64,000 bases of DNA from Lama guanicoe (taxonomy: Eukaryota): positions 2,489,793-2,553,792 of the forward strand of contig MU053493.1 of assembly GCA_013239625.1 (NCBI GenBank), written 5' to 3'. The notes below the pieces were generated by a model, which worked only from the letters and a program-made list of their open reading frames with translations, made no database searches and had not been told where the DNA came from. The position numbers and the translations under genes are program-made. Shown here piece by piece: positions 37,757 through 50,968 of the stretch. How positions within the stretch are numbered: the first letter of the stretch is position 1; each line of letters begins with the position of its first letter.

Positions 37757-37908
37757 CTGGCCCCAGTCACCGCTCACTGCCGTATTTCCTGTAAACTGAG
37801 GGCAGCCGCTGGACCCAGTTACCGCTTATTGCCGTATTTCCTGTAAACTGAGGGCAGCCGCTGGACCCAGTTACCGCTTATTGCCGTATTTCCTGTAAAC
37901 TGAGGGCA
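37757..37908. repeat. 52-bp minisatellite, about 2.9 copies
   Basis: Unit cccagttaccgcttattgccgtatttcctgtaaactgagggcagccgctgga; period 52 (37765, 37817, 37869). Confidence 0.95.
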
Positions 37909-39379
37909 TCATGGTCTGATACACGACCCCTCTCCCATCCCCCTTCTCCCTCCGCGACTCAGTTCTGGAGGGGAATCTGCTCTGTCTCCCCTGAGCTGAG
38001 CACCCTTCTCTGACAGCAACTGAGTCTTCAAGAATAAGGGGTGGGGGGCGGTTTGCCTAACAACCCTGGCAAATCTGTCGCCGGTGCATGGTGAGGGAGA
38101 GAGGGTACTCGGGTCCCTTAAGACCAGGCTCTACTTCCCTTCTGCCCTGGTCACTGTACCTCAAGTTGCTCAGCATTTCTAGGGCCGCGTTTTCTCAGCT
38201 ACCCTGAGGAGGCACGACCACATGCACCTCACTGTAAGGGCATCATTGAATGTTTTCTCTCTCCCTTCTTTTATGCCCCCTCCTTTTCCATTAAAAAAAA
38301 CAACAACCCAGCATTTAAAAACAAAGTGATGCTGACCTGCTGCTGTGGACATAATAATTACAACCTCTAAACCACAGCATTCTCCAAGAGCCCAGGAAAT
38401 CACTCCTATAAACACACACACACACGTTTCTTCTTGTATGTACTGTACCTGGAAATATCTGTCACACGAGTCAGCGGGCTTCTGGAACTCACGAGCTGGT
38501 CAGCAGTTTCTGATGCATTCGCCTTTACCTCTCTGACCAACAGACCCTCCTTCTTTACGGCTTTATGGAGGTTTACTTCACACATCATAAAACTTCTCCA
38601 CAGAAAGGGTGAAGTTCAATGGTTTTTACTGTTGATGGAAGATCCTGACCAGCCCAGAGTGGAAGGTGAAAAGTGAATTAGCCTCTTCTGCTCCTAGCCT
38701 CATCCTCATCGTCCCCCTCTGTTCTGCCTTTCTGGTCACTCCATCTCACCCACCGTCATGGGTGGCCAGCTGGGCTGGCCTGGGAGGACCTGTCAGCCAG
38801 GACAGCGGGCTTAGCTCACTCTGCCTTTGCCCCAACACTCCCCGAGAAGAGGAAAACCAACTCTAGTCTCAGAATACACGATCTTACTGAAAACCAAAGA
38901 AACAAGGATGAAAAGGAAGTGAAAGAAAGAAAGACATACTTGAGTACTTTTGAAGCATCGAGAGCAAGGTGAGAGTTGATGAGCAAAGCTGAGGTTTTTT
39001 TTTTTTAAGGCCTTTTTGCATAATCTTTGTCCTCATTCTCACAAACAATTAAAATCTCACAAAGAACCAAGGGATCCATTAAATAGTCAGGAATTATTTG
39101 GGATAAGGAATGAATTCATATGTGTGATGGACAGATAATGAGAGACCCAAAGAAATTAACATCCCAGAGAAAGCCAAGTAAATATAAAGCATAGAGAAAC
39201 ATGGTGGTATATCTAAATACATCATGAATCATGATAAGCATAAATAAATGAAACGTGTCTCTTGAAGTGGATAAAAATTTAGATTGTGTAAAAAGAAAAA
39301 ATAAGCCCCGCAAAGTCCAGAGAGACATATACAGATAGAGCATGGCTAAGAAGAAAAAGAGGAAAAAATATATCTATGG

Positions 39380-42290
39380 GGGGAAATTAGATTCTGGGAG
39401 CAGTGGTCTAGGTAATTCAGACTAAGCCTCCCCATGAACCTCACCGGAAAAACACAAAGGACATTTTCCTGAAGGAATCGTAGAACCAGCAAGATGGCAA
39501 AGAATCGCCAAACAAATCCTCGGAGGATGGAGGTCCAGGAAGGTGAACGAAGCATATGGGGGCCCCCTCTCGCCATAGGGTTGTCCTCTGACTCTGGAGT
39601 GTGGCTGATCAGCACTGTGACTCCATCCAGGGATCAAGGGACGGAAATTGGAGTCCCAGGCCCACCACAGTCAGGGAGACTGCATATCCATCTTAATTAA
39701 GGTTGGGATTCTGGATGTGAACCAGAAATCAGCAGGAGTCACAGGCACTGTAGCTTAGTGCCGAATCATCTCTGTCCTTGAAGCTGGACTGAGGTGTTCC
39801 CAGACTGCTACAGATGCCAAGTGCCTGGCACAAACAAACAAAAACCCATTTTGGAAGAGGATTAGACTTCAGTCTAGTTTTAAATTTGTTCATTTTTCAG
39901 GCACTCAATTAAAAATAACCAGGCAGACACAAAGACAAGACTCCATGAGGGAAAAAAAAAACAAACCCACAAGCAATAGAATACCCACAACCACTCTGGA
40001 TATTAGAGGGTGAAACACAAAGGATAAAATAACTTTGCTTACTATGTTCAGCAAGATAAAAGACAAGACTGATGTTTCAGCAGAGAACTGGATGCTACCA
40101 AGAAGAACCAGCAGACATATGAAAAGAGGCTTGATCTCATTAGTTATTGCAGAAATGCACACTAAACTCACAATGTGCTACTACCACACCCTGACTACGA
40201 TGGCTAAAATTTAAAAAAACTGATGATGCCAAGTGTTGCTAAAAATAGTGTAACACAAACTCTTGTGCACCACCAATAAGATTATAAATTGTTTAAGCCA
40301 CTTTAGAAAACTGTTTAGTGTCATCTAATAAAACAGAACATATGCATAAGCTAATGTGTAGTAATTCTACGTCTAGATTACACGTCCGACAGAAACTCAG
40401 GCACACAGATGTCAAGGGACTTAAACAAGTAAATGTCTAACAGCAAGACTTGATCAGCAGAAGGAAAAACGGACAACCCCACTATCACAACAGTCGTAGT
40501 TAACGTGCGTACTTCAGTAAATTAATTGAGCAAGGACAGAAAAGTGGAATAACAGCTAATAAGCCTAATCTAAAGGAAATAAAAGATCTGACTAGAGAAC
40601 CCATTGTTTTCTATTCATAGACGTTAAAACAGACTAACTTCATTAGGCAAATAATGCAAATTCAACAATTATCAGAGACTCATTATCGCACAGACTACAG
40701 TATCTTACAACAATGGAATCGCAAATCAGGGTAAAAAGGTAACCAACTTGTGCCCTTTCTCTTGGAAATTTATGAGCATAGCTCTAGATAATGGTAGGTC
40801 AGAGAAGAAACCGTAAAAGATACTAGAAAATACTTAAAACTTTAATGACAATGAAGGCACTAAATACTGACATATATAGGAAGGAGCTAAAACACTGCTT
40901 AGAGAGAAGTCTGGTGTTTTGAGTGCTTATTAGAAAAGAAGAAAGACTAAACACTAATGATCTAAACATGTAACTCAGAAAGTTAGAGGATGCTCAAGCA
41001 GAGGATAAGAGGATAGAACAGAATAATGAAACTAAAGAAAACCATGGAAAGAAGCAATAAAATTGAAAGCTGGCCCTTTGAGAAGACTAAAGAAAATCAT
41101 AGGAGGAATAAACACACAATATCAGGAACGAAAACAGGGTCAAAATTACACATACAAGTTGACATTTTAAAAATATAGAATACAATGGACAGCTTTAGGC
41201 AAACACAACTGAAATTTGGGGAGGAAAATGGACATTTTTAAAGAAAGATAGACATCAAAATTAACTCAAGAAGACATGTAACACTTGAATACACCTAGAA
41301 GCACTAAAGAAACTGAATCAGCAGTTCAAAATCTACCCCTTCAAAACATATTAAAAGCAAACACATAAAACCCTGGATACCAGCCAGCCCGAGATGACAC
41401 TTCAGACAAGTTCATCAGACATTCCAGAGGTGGATAAATCTCTATTTACACAACCTACTCCAGAGAGCAGGAAAAGAAGGAATCATCCCCGCCTCACAGA
41501 GTGATGCTAGGAAAACCCAGAAACCAAAGCAGATGAGAATGGCATGAACGCCTCACTTCCTAATGCAGACGTAAAAAAAATCTTCCTGAAAATGTTAGAA
41601 AGCCCAGTTTTACCAAGTCTTAAATAACAACATCGTCAAGCACAGTTTATCCAACTAACCAACATGAAAACAGTTTCATACTGGAAAAGGCAACAGGGGA
41701 ATTGTGTAATTCAGCACATGGACACAAACATGTCAATTAAGATTTAGGGAGAAAAAACGCTTTATCTCCATAGGTGTAGAAAAGGCACCCTTTAAAATTT
41801 AACACTCATTCTCGACACGGATTCTTAGCAAACTAAGACTAGAAGAGGAGTTCGCTGACCTGAGAAAGGTGATCTACGAAAACATACGGCAAGCACCACT
41901 CATAGGGATGAAATGTGAGAAGGTGGGGTGCTCAGGACGACAGGCATCTGCTTAGCTCGGGGACAAACCCAATCCCCCGAGAGACTGAAGGTGTGGGGAG
42001 AGAGAGGACACAGAAGCCTGAGGGCGGTGGGGAGGACGGACTTGTGAAAGAGGAAACACGACCTGGTGTCCAAAACGGGAGAAAAGGACAGGTGTCAGGA
42101 TAAAGATGTCCCCGAGTGGACACTGTGTGGAGGGACTTAGAGCTAAGTGAACCTGGTGATTTGAGTACCAAGATCTGGAAGGGACAAAATTCTATGTAAA
42201 TCAAGAAGCATCTCCATTAAGCTGGATCCAAGAGCGTACTAGAAATACAAAGAAAAAGGAAAAAACACCCCTCGTTACATCTTTACTTTA
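39380..42290 (+). mobile_element. Ancient degraded L1 (5'/ORF1/ORF2 relics with other inserts)
   Basis: A-rich L1 motifs (gtgcttattagaaaagaagaaagac, aattaactcaagaagac, ttcttagcaaactaagactagaag). Confidence 0.6.
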
Positions 42291-43477
42291 AGTCACTCGC
42301 GACATAAGAACCAAGTTTGGGAGAAACTTGATAAAAATTGATGCTAAGGGGAATTTTAAAAACTAGCTAATCACTGACATCAATGACTGACAAGCTTTTG
42401 TTTCCTTAAGAGATGGAAAGTATTGCCTGATTTTAATAGTATTTTTTGATAGTGTCTATCCACACTGTTAGCGAATGCCACACATAATGAGTGTTTCTGT
42501 GCTATGTGGTCAGCCGCGTAATTGCTAGTTTAAGATACAAAATGAAAAGCTAAACAATTCAAGGTGAACTAACCCAACCCATGTTTTCCTGAGCGTCAGT
42601 GATTACACAAGAATGTGATGGTTCATGGTTCTCTATTAAGTTATACGGAGGCTGCTCCCTGGTGACGGAGCAGTCGGGTGGGGTTGTCACGGTGGCCTTC
42701 CCAGCCCCTTTCACAGCCTCTCTGCTCCCCTCTCGCCCATCAGAGTCAGCCCCACCTTGAACGACGCCAAGTTCAAACACTAACATGGACATCCCTGCGC
42801 TGTCAACCCCACAGACTGGAGAAACAAGACTGTGAACTGACCTCCTCAATTACTCCTTAAAAAAAGATCTCAAGCTTATGAGTAATACAGTGTGTACACA
42901 TAACTAAAGGCTACAAGCTGAAACACCTGGAACTTCCAGACTGGCTTTCAACTTCCAATACAAACATTCAGCAGAGGCGAAAGCTACTGAGCTTCATTAC
43001 AGGTAGCGTGTGAAGAGGTGATGTGATTTCAGGAAGTAAATAGAGCTTGCAAAGATTTTTCATTTGATGGTGGGTTTCCAAAATGTTCGATAATTGTAAT
43101 TTCTGAAATAGCTGTTATCTTCCCATAGGTTAAAATTAATTAGGTAGCCAAGTGTGAAAGTCTGTGTGGTCATAGCAAACCAATGCCGGAGGGTCTAGAA
43201 AATGATGGTCAGAACTGAAGCCACAGACAAAACACTGTGCCCGCGGTCCTCCCTCCACTTTCCACGGATGCTTCTTCCACGGACTTACACGAACCCTCGG
43301 CTCCTTTGCACACCAGCCCCCACCCTGCTGCCGTGACACTGTAGGCCGCCGTAGGCCCTTAACTCTGAGCATATAACTCTCCATTTGGCTGAAACTGCCT
43401 CCACAAACCATTTCTTTTCTCTTCCTTCAGAGGTTCCTTATTCTCAAAGTTCTCAAATTTTGTTCAGTTTTAAACTC

Positions 43478-43585
43478 TTTTTTGAAACTGAATTTTTACA
43501 ATGTTGTGTTAGTTTCTGGTGGAGAGCATAGCGATTCAGTTACACACACACACATACATACACACGTTCTTTTTCCTTATAGGCA
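43478..43585 (-). mobile_element. L1 3' tail fragment
   Basis: tttacaatgttgtgttagtttctggt...gattcagttacac. Confidence 0.75.
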
Positions 43586-45703
43586 ATTTTAAACTCTGTA
43601 TTTACCTTCTACATGTTTTATTCACCTCCTCTGCTCTAATTATCAGTGACTACTTGGCACTCTAAGCCCCTATCCTTTTCAGCAATTGCTGTCAGGCTTT
43701 CTCTTAAAATTCCTGTGTCTTCAGTGAGATGCTGGCGGCTTTACAAGGTTCTCTAGAACAGCATTAATCACACTCAGGAAAGGAAGGTCAGGAACTGCTG
43801 AAGACGCCATGGCCTGTTTCATCCCCCCATGATCATTTCAAATGACTTCAAAATTCCTGGCTGTACCAGTTCTAGAAGGACCTTGACCCCCACTCCATTC
43901 CAACCATCTACTCCCGAAGCCACCCCTGGGTCCTGGTCACCCCGACAACTTCTTTAATTCCTATATCCAGCACTCAAGCCAAAGCTCTCGAGTGCTGCAC
44001 CCAGGCCCCCAGCCTCCCCAGTCCCTTCTGATGGTTTCATATCTTCGCATCGTCAGTCTGGTCTGGGGGCCATCATTTCCAGCATTCTCTCGCCTGTCTT
44101 CTCCACTGTATCCTCCCCTGTCTCCTGTGCACACTCCCTCCTTGACTGGCCAGGCCAGCTCTCCATCGCTGCCCCCAGGTGGGGGGCTCTTCACAAGAGA
44201 CTCACTGCTGGCCCCTCCACCCTGCCTGGCCGTCCCTCCTCACGTTGCCAGCCGTTCTGTCTCCTCTTATCCTGCAGTAGCAATGGCACATCCTCACGTC
44301 TCTTTAGAATTCTTTCTCGACTCGCAGTCTCAATGCCCATTTCAAAAAAGAAGCTACCTCCCACCCCCAACTTACCTCTCTACACAGCTATTCAGCTCCT
44401 CCTCTCTGGGAGGTGAGGGTGAGGGGCTGCTCTGTGCTTTGAATTCCATTCCCTTTTCCCACCCCCACAGCAGCAGACCCTCCATCTATCTCCCTTCTCC
44501 CTCTGGTACCTTCAAAGGCTCCCCTCTGCCATAAAAAGATGCTCAGTATTCTCCCACTTTTAAAAAACAGCATATATTGAAAATCACAAACTTCTAAGAG
44601 TACGTTTAACACTCACTGTGGACAGTGGCCTGCTCCGTCTTCCCTGTGTCATTTTCTGAGTATTGTCAGCACCTGACTCCCGGGTCCTGACTGTGACCCT
44701 GATGCTCACCCCTGTGATTCAGCCCCTGCTACTTCCCAAGCCACATCCGCTGACCACGCCTCCAGCCCCCTGCCAGGATCTGGAGGCTTCCTCTCCCCTG
44801 TCTACCACCCTGAGTGCTGGACTCCTGGCTGAGTTTCCTTTTGTGCCCCAAGTCCCTGTGGGGACTGCAGCGTGACCCCAGACCCCCACGTCCTGCACTC
44901 ACTTCCGATCAACATCTCTGTTCCACTGAGGGTCCTGACCTCCTCTCAACCCCAGGAGTTAGTAGGGGTCCTCTTACTCTCAAATTCACATCACTGCACC
45001 TAGCTGAATAAAAACACTGCACAACCCACAGCTCTACCCTGGAAGACAGGATCCACCTTGGTTGATTGAGTCCCCTCACACCCTGTATCCAGGACACTGG
45101 CCACCAGGGTGGAGCCCAACCACACAGCAACTTAGAACCCTCGACCCCCTGCCACCCCAACCCCCAACCCTAGCTCCCTTGTTTCTGGTCTTCTCTCCTT
45201 TTCTACTGATCTCCAAACCACCTCTCATCAAATCTACGGGCAGATGCTGATGCTGCAACAGGTGGTTCATTTCGTTTACCCCATATTCTAAGTTATGGTA
45301 AGTACTATACCCAAATTCTGAAATCTACACAACTCTTGGAGTGCTTAGCAAACAACACTATTCCAGACTTCATGATATTTCATAATTATACATTATATAC
45401 AACATGAACACTCTAGGATTTGTGCTCAGAGAAGATCACCATTTTAAAAATACAGTATTCATGAAACTGTTCAATTGGTAAAAAAAACAAAGAAGAAAGA
45501 TTAACATCAGGTGGTAATATTCTGCAAAGTCAAATCTTGAACAAAGATTTAAGGATCCTCAGGCTGACAAATGTATTGGTTTCTGCTAGATCAATTCTTG
45601 GCTTTCTCATTTTATACTATCCAGACAAAAGAACTGTTATTATGGCTTTAAAAATATGATCCAAAATAAATCTGAGAAAATACAGAAAAAAGTAGCAGTA
45701 ACT

Positions 45704-45761
45704 GTATATGTCGTATCTTCTGGAATAAAGACGTATATGTCGTATCTTCTGGAATAAAGAC
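45704..45761. repeat. Perfect 29-bp tandem duplication
   Basis: gtatatgtcgtatcttctggaataaagac x2. Confidence 0.95.
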
Positions 45762-46519
45762 AAAGAAAAAAACAGCACGCTAAAACCCACTGGCACTCAT
45801 GTGCTTCACGATGGCACCACAGAGCAGTATTCAACGGCTTCCAAAAGCAGTTACCAGATACCGTCTGTATATGATGTGCAAAGGAAGTAACAAGTATACA
45901 ACCGAAATCAGACAACGCGGACCCCATCTTGGACACAAAACGACACACTGAACACACTGTTATCTGGAGAGTAAGTCAAGAAAGGCAGCAGGTGGACTCT
46001 AAGCCTTTCCTACATGACGCTGTTGATAACTCGGTAGAGCTTCAGTCAGACTGTTCTCTTGCCCCGGTCCAAATGTACCCAGCTATGAGGAAGCACACAG
46101 AAAAGTATTTCTCTTTGCCAGAAAGAAATCTAATTATCAGGTGCTAAATCTAGTTTTATGCTCAAACAAAATTTCAATAAATAAAACATGACCCAGCTTC
46201 AAAGCACTAAGCAATCTTGCCGAACCTCACGGTACCTCACTAACAATTTCAAGGGGAAGAAAACAAACATTGGTATCATTTAAATTTAAACAGTCCAGTA
46301 ACATTCTGCTGTGGACACAGAACACACAGCGCGCTTACTTTACTTGACATATGAAAAGGATCACACTTACATGGAAACCAAAGGTTAAGTAGAGTCTTAA
46401 AAATATAAATAGTAGCAACAGGAATAAACTGAGTTATGGAGCTTCCAAAATGCTGAAAATGAATTTTCACGCCTATAGTGTAAGAAAAGGCCAGTGATTG
46501 AGTTATCGAAATAAAATGC

Positions 46520-46660
46520 GGTGGGGAGGGTACAGCTCAGGGGTAGAGTGTGTGCTTAGCATGCATGAGTTCCTGGGTTCAATCCCCAGTCCCTCCATTA
46601 AGAAACAAATAAAATAAAACAAATAAACCTAATTACCTCCCCCCAATACACACACGAAAA
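46520..46660 (+). mobile_element. tRNA-derived (vic-1-like) SINE
   Basis: Perfect 12-bp TSD GAAATAAAATGC (46508-46519 and 46661-46672). Confidence 0.93.
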
Positions 46661-46994
46661 GAAATAAAATGCAGTAACTCGAAGTATACAGTTAAAGCCA
46701 ATGGAAAAAAAGTAAAATATTTTAAAAGCTAGTTCATGATTTTCATTTTCTAATTATAATAAACCTTATACAATTTAATACACAACAGAGAATTGGGAAA
46801 CAAAGTTAACAAATGCTTACAAAGGTGGTTCGCGTCACATTAAAATATGCAAATAACTATCAAATATGATTTTTAAAACCATCCAAAGCTAGAATCATGT
46901 TTGGAGTCCAGGTAAGTAAATGGCTAGTTTCAAAGAATTTCAACTAAGTTACTTTTTTAAAAAACAACAAGGAAGCTTGATTTCTTTCTTCTTT

Positions 46995-47137
46995 TGTTTT
47001 TTTTGGGGGGAGGAGGTAATTAGGTTTATTAATTAATTTCTTTACTTTTATTTATTATTTTGGAGGGACTGGGGATTGAACCCAGGACCTCGTGTGCGCT
47101 AAGCACATGCTCTACCACTGAGCTCTACCCTCCACAC
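46995..47137 (-). mobile_element. tRNA-derived (vic-1-like) SINE
   Basis: ggagggactggggattgaacccaggacc...ctgagctctaccctcc. Confidence 0.92.
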
Positions 47138-47787
47138 CCTGACGTCTTTCTGACAGTGTGGAAGCCCTTAAAAGAAGGGAGAAGCAGTTTCATTTTCATC
47201 CCAGAGGATAAAACAGAGCCCTGCTCTCACCCTGCTACCAGGTATCCTCCATTTATCAAAGCTCCTGGCACAAAATCACCTTCACACGAGCACAGGGTGG
47301 CTCAAATTTCTACTCTGCTGGAAGCAGCACCTTCTGAACATCAACAGCTTCCACTTTCCTGTCTACATTGAAATCCATCCATCATACATTTGAACCAAGG
47401 GGCGATGGGCATGGAGGAGGAGAAATGAAGCTCACGGCGGGTAGGGACCCAGGTGAACTCGCGGGGCAGCCCTGCCCCCAAGTGGCCGAGTGTGGCCTGC
47501 ACCCTGCCCCGGGCAGCGGGAGGAGCATGCATCGGGCTGGAGAAAGATCCAGGATGAAGCCTCCTACCAGTCACCATCCCTTTCCCGGGCTCGGGCTCAG
47601 CGCTGGACCACACGACCACAAACGTAAAACCACTGAGACTGACGGAGACAGAGCATGTCTGCAGAGCCTGGAATCGTGGACAGTCCAGTTCTGAGACGAT
47701 GTGGATGCACATTCTAATGACGTCTCTCCCGGTCACAACCAACTTTTGCTGGCAGTGCAATAATATGAAAGGTCATCTGTAATACAC

Positions 47788-48560
47788 TTTTTTTTTAATA
47801 TTAAAAATTTTTATTGACGTGTAGTTGATTTACAATGTTAGTTTCAGGTGTACAGCAAAGTGATTCAGTTATACATGAACATACATATATATTTTTTCTT
47901 TACAGATTCTTTCCATTATATGTTATTATAAGATACTTAATACAGTTCCCTGTGCTATACAGTAGGTCCTTGTGGTTTATCTATTTTATATATAGTAATA
48001 CATGTCTGTTAATCTCCAACTCCTAATTTATCCCTCCCTGCTCGTTTTCCCTTTGGTAAACAAAGTTTGTTTTGTACATCTGTGAGTCTGTTTTTGGTTT
48101 GTAAACAGAATTCGTATCTTTTTTTTTTTTTAGGATTCCACATATAAGTGATATCATATGATATTTCTCTTTCTCTGTCTGACTGAATTCACTCAGTATG
48201 ATAATCTCCAGGTCCATCCATGTTGCTGCAGATGGCATTATGTCATTGGTTTTTATGGCTGAGTAGTATTTCATTGTATAAATATACCACACCTTTATCT
48301 AGTCACCTGCTGATGGACACTCAGGTTGCTTCCATGTCTTGGCTACTGTAAATAGTGCTGCTGTGAATACTGGGGTGCATGTATCTTTTTGAGATAGAGT
48401 TTTCTCCAGATATACGCCTAGGAGTGGAATTGTTGAATCTATTTTTAATTTTTAAAGGAACCTCCATATTGTTTTCCATAGTGGCTACACCAAATTACAT
48501 TCCCACCAACAGTATAGGAGGGTTCCCCTTTCTCCACACCCTCTCAGCATTTATATATGA
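47788..48560 (-). mobile_element. 5'-truncated L1 (ORF2 end and 3' UTR)
   Basis: Minus-strand ORF MWYIYTMKYYSAIK; typical 3' UTR. Confidence 0.92.
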
Positions 48561-50349
48561 CTTCTTAATTAATATTAAAGTTGTATATAGAGGTCCTGTG
48601 GGACTTTTTTGGTGCTGGGGCAGAGGGGGCATCCTGGGGCTCTGGCCTCTCCAGGTCCCTTCTTAGTCCTGAACCTCCTCTGTGGGCTGGGACCCTCCCT
48701 TCCCACACCCTGCTGCCGGGGTCTCCCCTGGAATGCTTCTGTCCCCTCTGGCTGCCACTCCACACACCCCCGAGGCAGGGTCCCCAGTGGCCAACCTCTA
48801 GCTCTACCCCTGGGGGACCTCTCCCAGGACTGTCCTGTCCCCACACCTCAGGTGAAGGCTCTCAGCACCTCTGGAGGTGAGATCCAGCTCCACACCCATT
48901 GGTGACTCTCAGGGTGGGACTTCCAGAACAAACAGGCCACCAAGAGATGTGGGAAGACTGCGTCTCATCTGGCACCCAAATCAGGCTCTGAAGAAGGAGG
49001 CTTCCTATGAGCTTTAGTCATAACTGAAGAGGAATTCACTATACTACGTTCCCCCAAGTGCTACAGGAAAGGAAACAGCAGAGCACTGAGGAAATGCAGG
49101 GTTTTCTTCTCCTGGCGTCTTTTCTCAGGTCCACCCCCGTCAGCACAGGAGCTGCGGGTGCCCTCAGTCCCTGCCCGGGGCATGTAGTCAGCCCTCGCCA
49201 CTGTTAGTTACTACAAAATGTGGGGCTTCCCTATAGTAGAAAATGGTGCAGAGAGAGAAAACAGCACATTCTGAATCTTCCGCCTCTCATTCTAAGGCCC
49301 AGAAGTCCCATAATAGCCAAAGAAGTCAAAATGCTTTTATTCAGAGGAGCAAGAACAGATTATTTGTTTCAAAGACAAACACAATCAATTTTTACATATC
49401 CTTGAAATTATACATGTGTGTCACTGACACAGACCCCCTACATTGTCTGCTGTGTTCCTCAGCGATTACTTATTCTGTTAAGTAATAAGTGTGGAAATCA
49501 AAGGATTCGGTTCATTGGGTTAAAAGTAATGAAATCATCTAAGATCCTCTCTGAAAACCTGAAGCAGACCCATTTTAGATAAAAAAAAAAAGAATTATTT
49601 TCATTAATGTACTCATTCAGCACATAGGAAAATACTGTCTCTTTGTATAATTTCAACTTCCTCTGGCCTGCCTGCCTTTCCCCCCACTGCCCTTGGCTAC
49701 TGTCACCAGCCACATCCAAATGTCCCCCTGAACCTCGCCCACCATCATAAGCACCACAACCAGAGGGCGAGGCCCCCTGCACTGTGCCCGTCACAGAACG
49801 GGCAAGGGCTGTCACAAATGTGACGGGGTCAGAGCGCAGGACATCAGCTCTGCCTCTGTTCTGTGGCTGCACGTAAAAATGACACGACTCCTCATCTCAA
49901 GATAGAAGTGCAGGGAAAGACCAACTCTCGTCCTGGCTCCTCAGGCGACCTTCTCTGAACCCTGGCATTTCTGAGCTGCCTGTGTCCGCCCCCAGCTACG
50001 TGAGGCCAGGTGTGTCTGCGGACCGTGGCTCCCTTCTGGAAAGTGCCCTCCCACCCACTCCCTCCGCCTGCCCCTTCTTTGAGGAAGAAAGCCATTACAG
50101 GCAAAGCAGCTCCTACTAATCGGCTGTCAGTGGCAAACTGCCCTCGGAGTGGCCTCTGGAAGTCCCAAAGTTCTATAAATAGCCTGATTCTCCAGTTCTG
50201 GAGAAGAATCTGAAACATCTACCTGACTCCTCTCACTCTGGACAATTAATGAGGGTGGCTCTGGAATATTCCTTACCCCTACAGCAATGCCCATCCCCAT
50301 GGAGGGTTGGGACCCACACGTGCTGGCTGGTTTATGGACGTCCAAGCCA

Positions 50350-50755
50350 GCTGGGACTAGTGTGGGCATGCCCTCAGCTCCTGCTAAGAGCCCAGAACCT
50401 GAGTCTGGTCACAAGGAGACACGGGACAGCCCCAGGTAGGAGGGTCCTTTTAAACCATCAAGGAGGAGACAGGACACCTAACAGCGATGCCTGTCCCTGG
50501 ATGGGGTCCTGCACCAAAAGGGAAGAGAGACCACTGGGACAGCAGCACTCACCACATTACAAGCATACTGATGAGGTCTACGCAGAGAGGAGAGTAGACC
50601 CCAGAGTCTCAGGAAAATGGAACTGGATCCACTGGATTCAATTAGCCCTGAAGATTACCCCACTAGACTTCTGGGAATGTGACCTGGTAAATGTCCTTAA
50701 TGTTTAGGCCACCTTGAGTTAGTGTTTTGCTACATGCAATCAGGAACATTTGAAT
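50350..50755 (+). mobile_element. Old MaLR (MLT1-like) LTR relic
   Basis: ctagacttctgggaatgtgacctggtaaatgtccttaatgtttaggccac...ttttgctacatgcaatc. Confidence 0.5.
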
Positions 50756-50804
50756 TGCCTCAAAAGGTGAGAGACTGGCCGTTTCAGGAACAGAAGCTAC
50801 CATA

Positions 50805-50968
50805 ATCATCTCCTCCACTTCCACCCTATCACTGCTTCCTCCACCTCCATCTCCATCCCCACCTCCATCTCCATCCCCACCACCCCACCTCTACCACCAG
50901 GACGACTACCACCTCCACCACCTTCACCTCTACCACTTATCACCACTCCCTCCACCAGTACCACCACA
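50805..50968. repeat. (CCA/CCT)n low-complexity tract
   Basis: Degenerate cca/cctcca repeats. Confidence 0.85.

Noticed and set aside
37757..37908. CRISPR-like array
   Set aside because: Head-to-tail repeats with no unique spacers, no cas genes, and a mammalian context.
43992..44534. 180-aa Pro/Ser-rich plus-strand ORF
   Set aside because: Arises from a C/T-rich, L2-like stretch that is depleted of stop codons; composition is not diagnostic.
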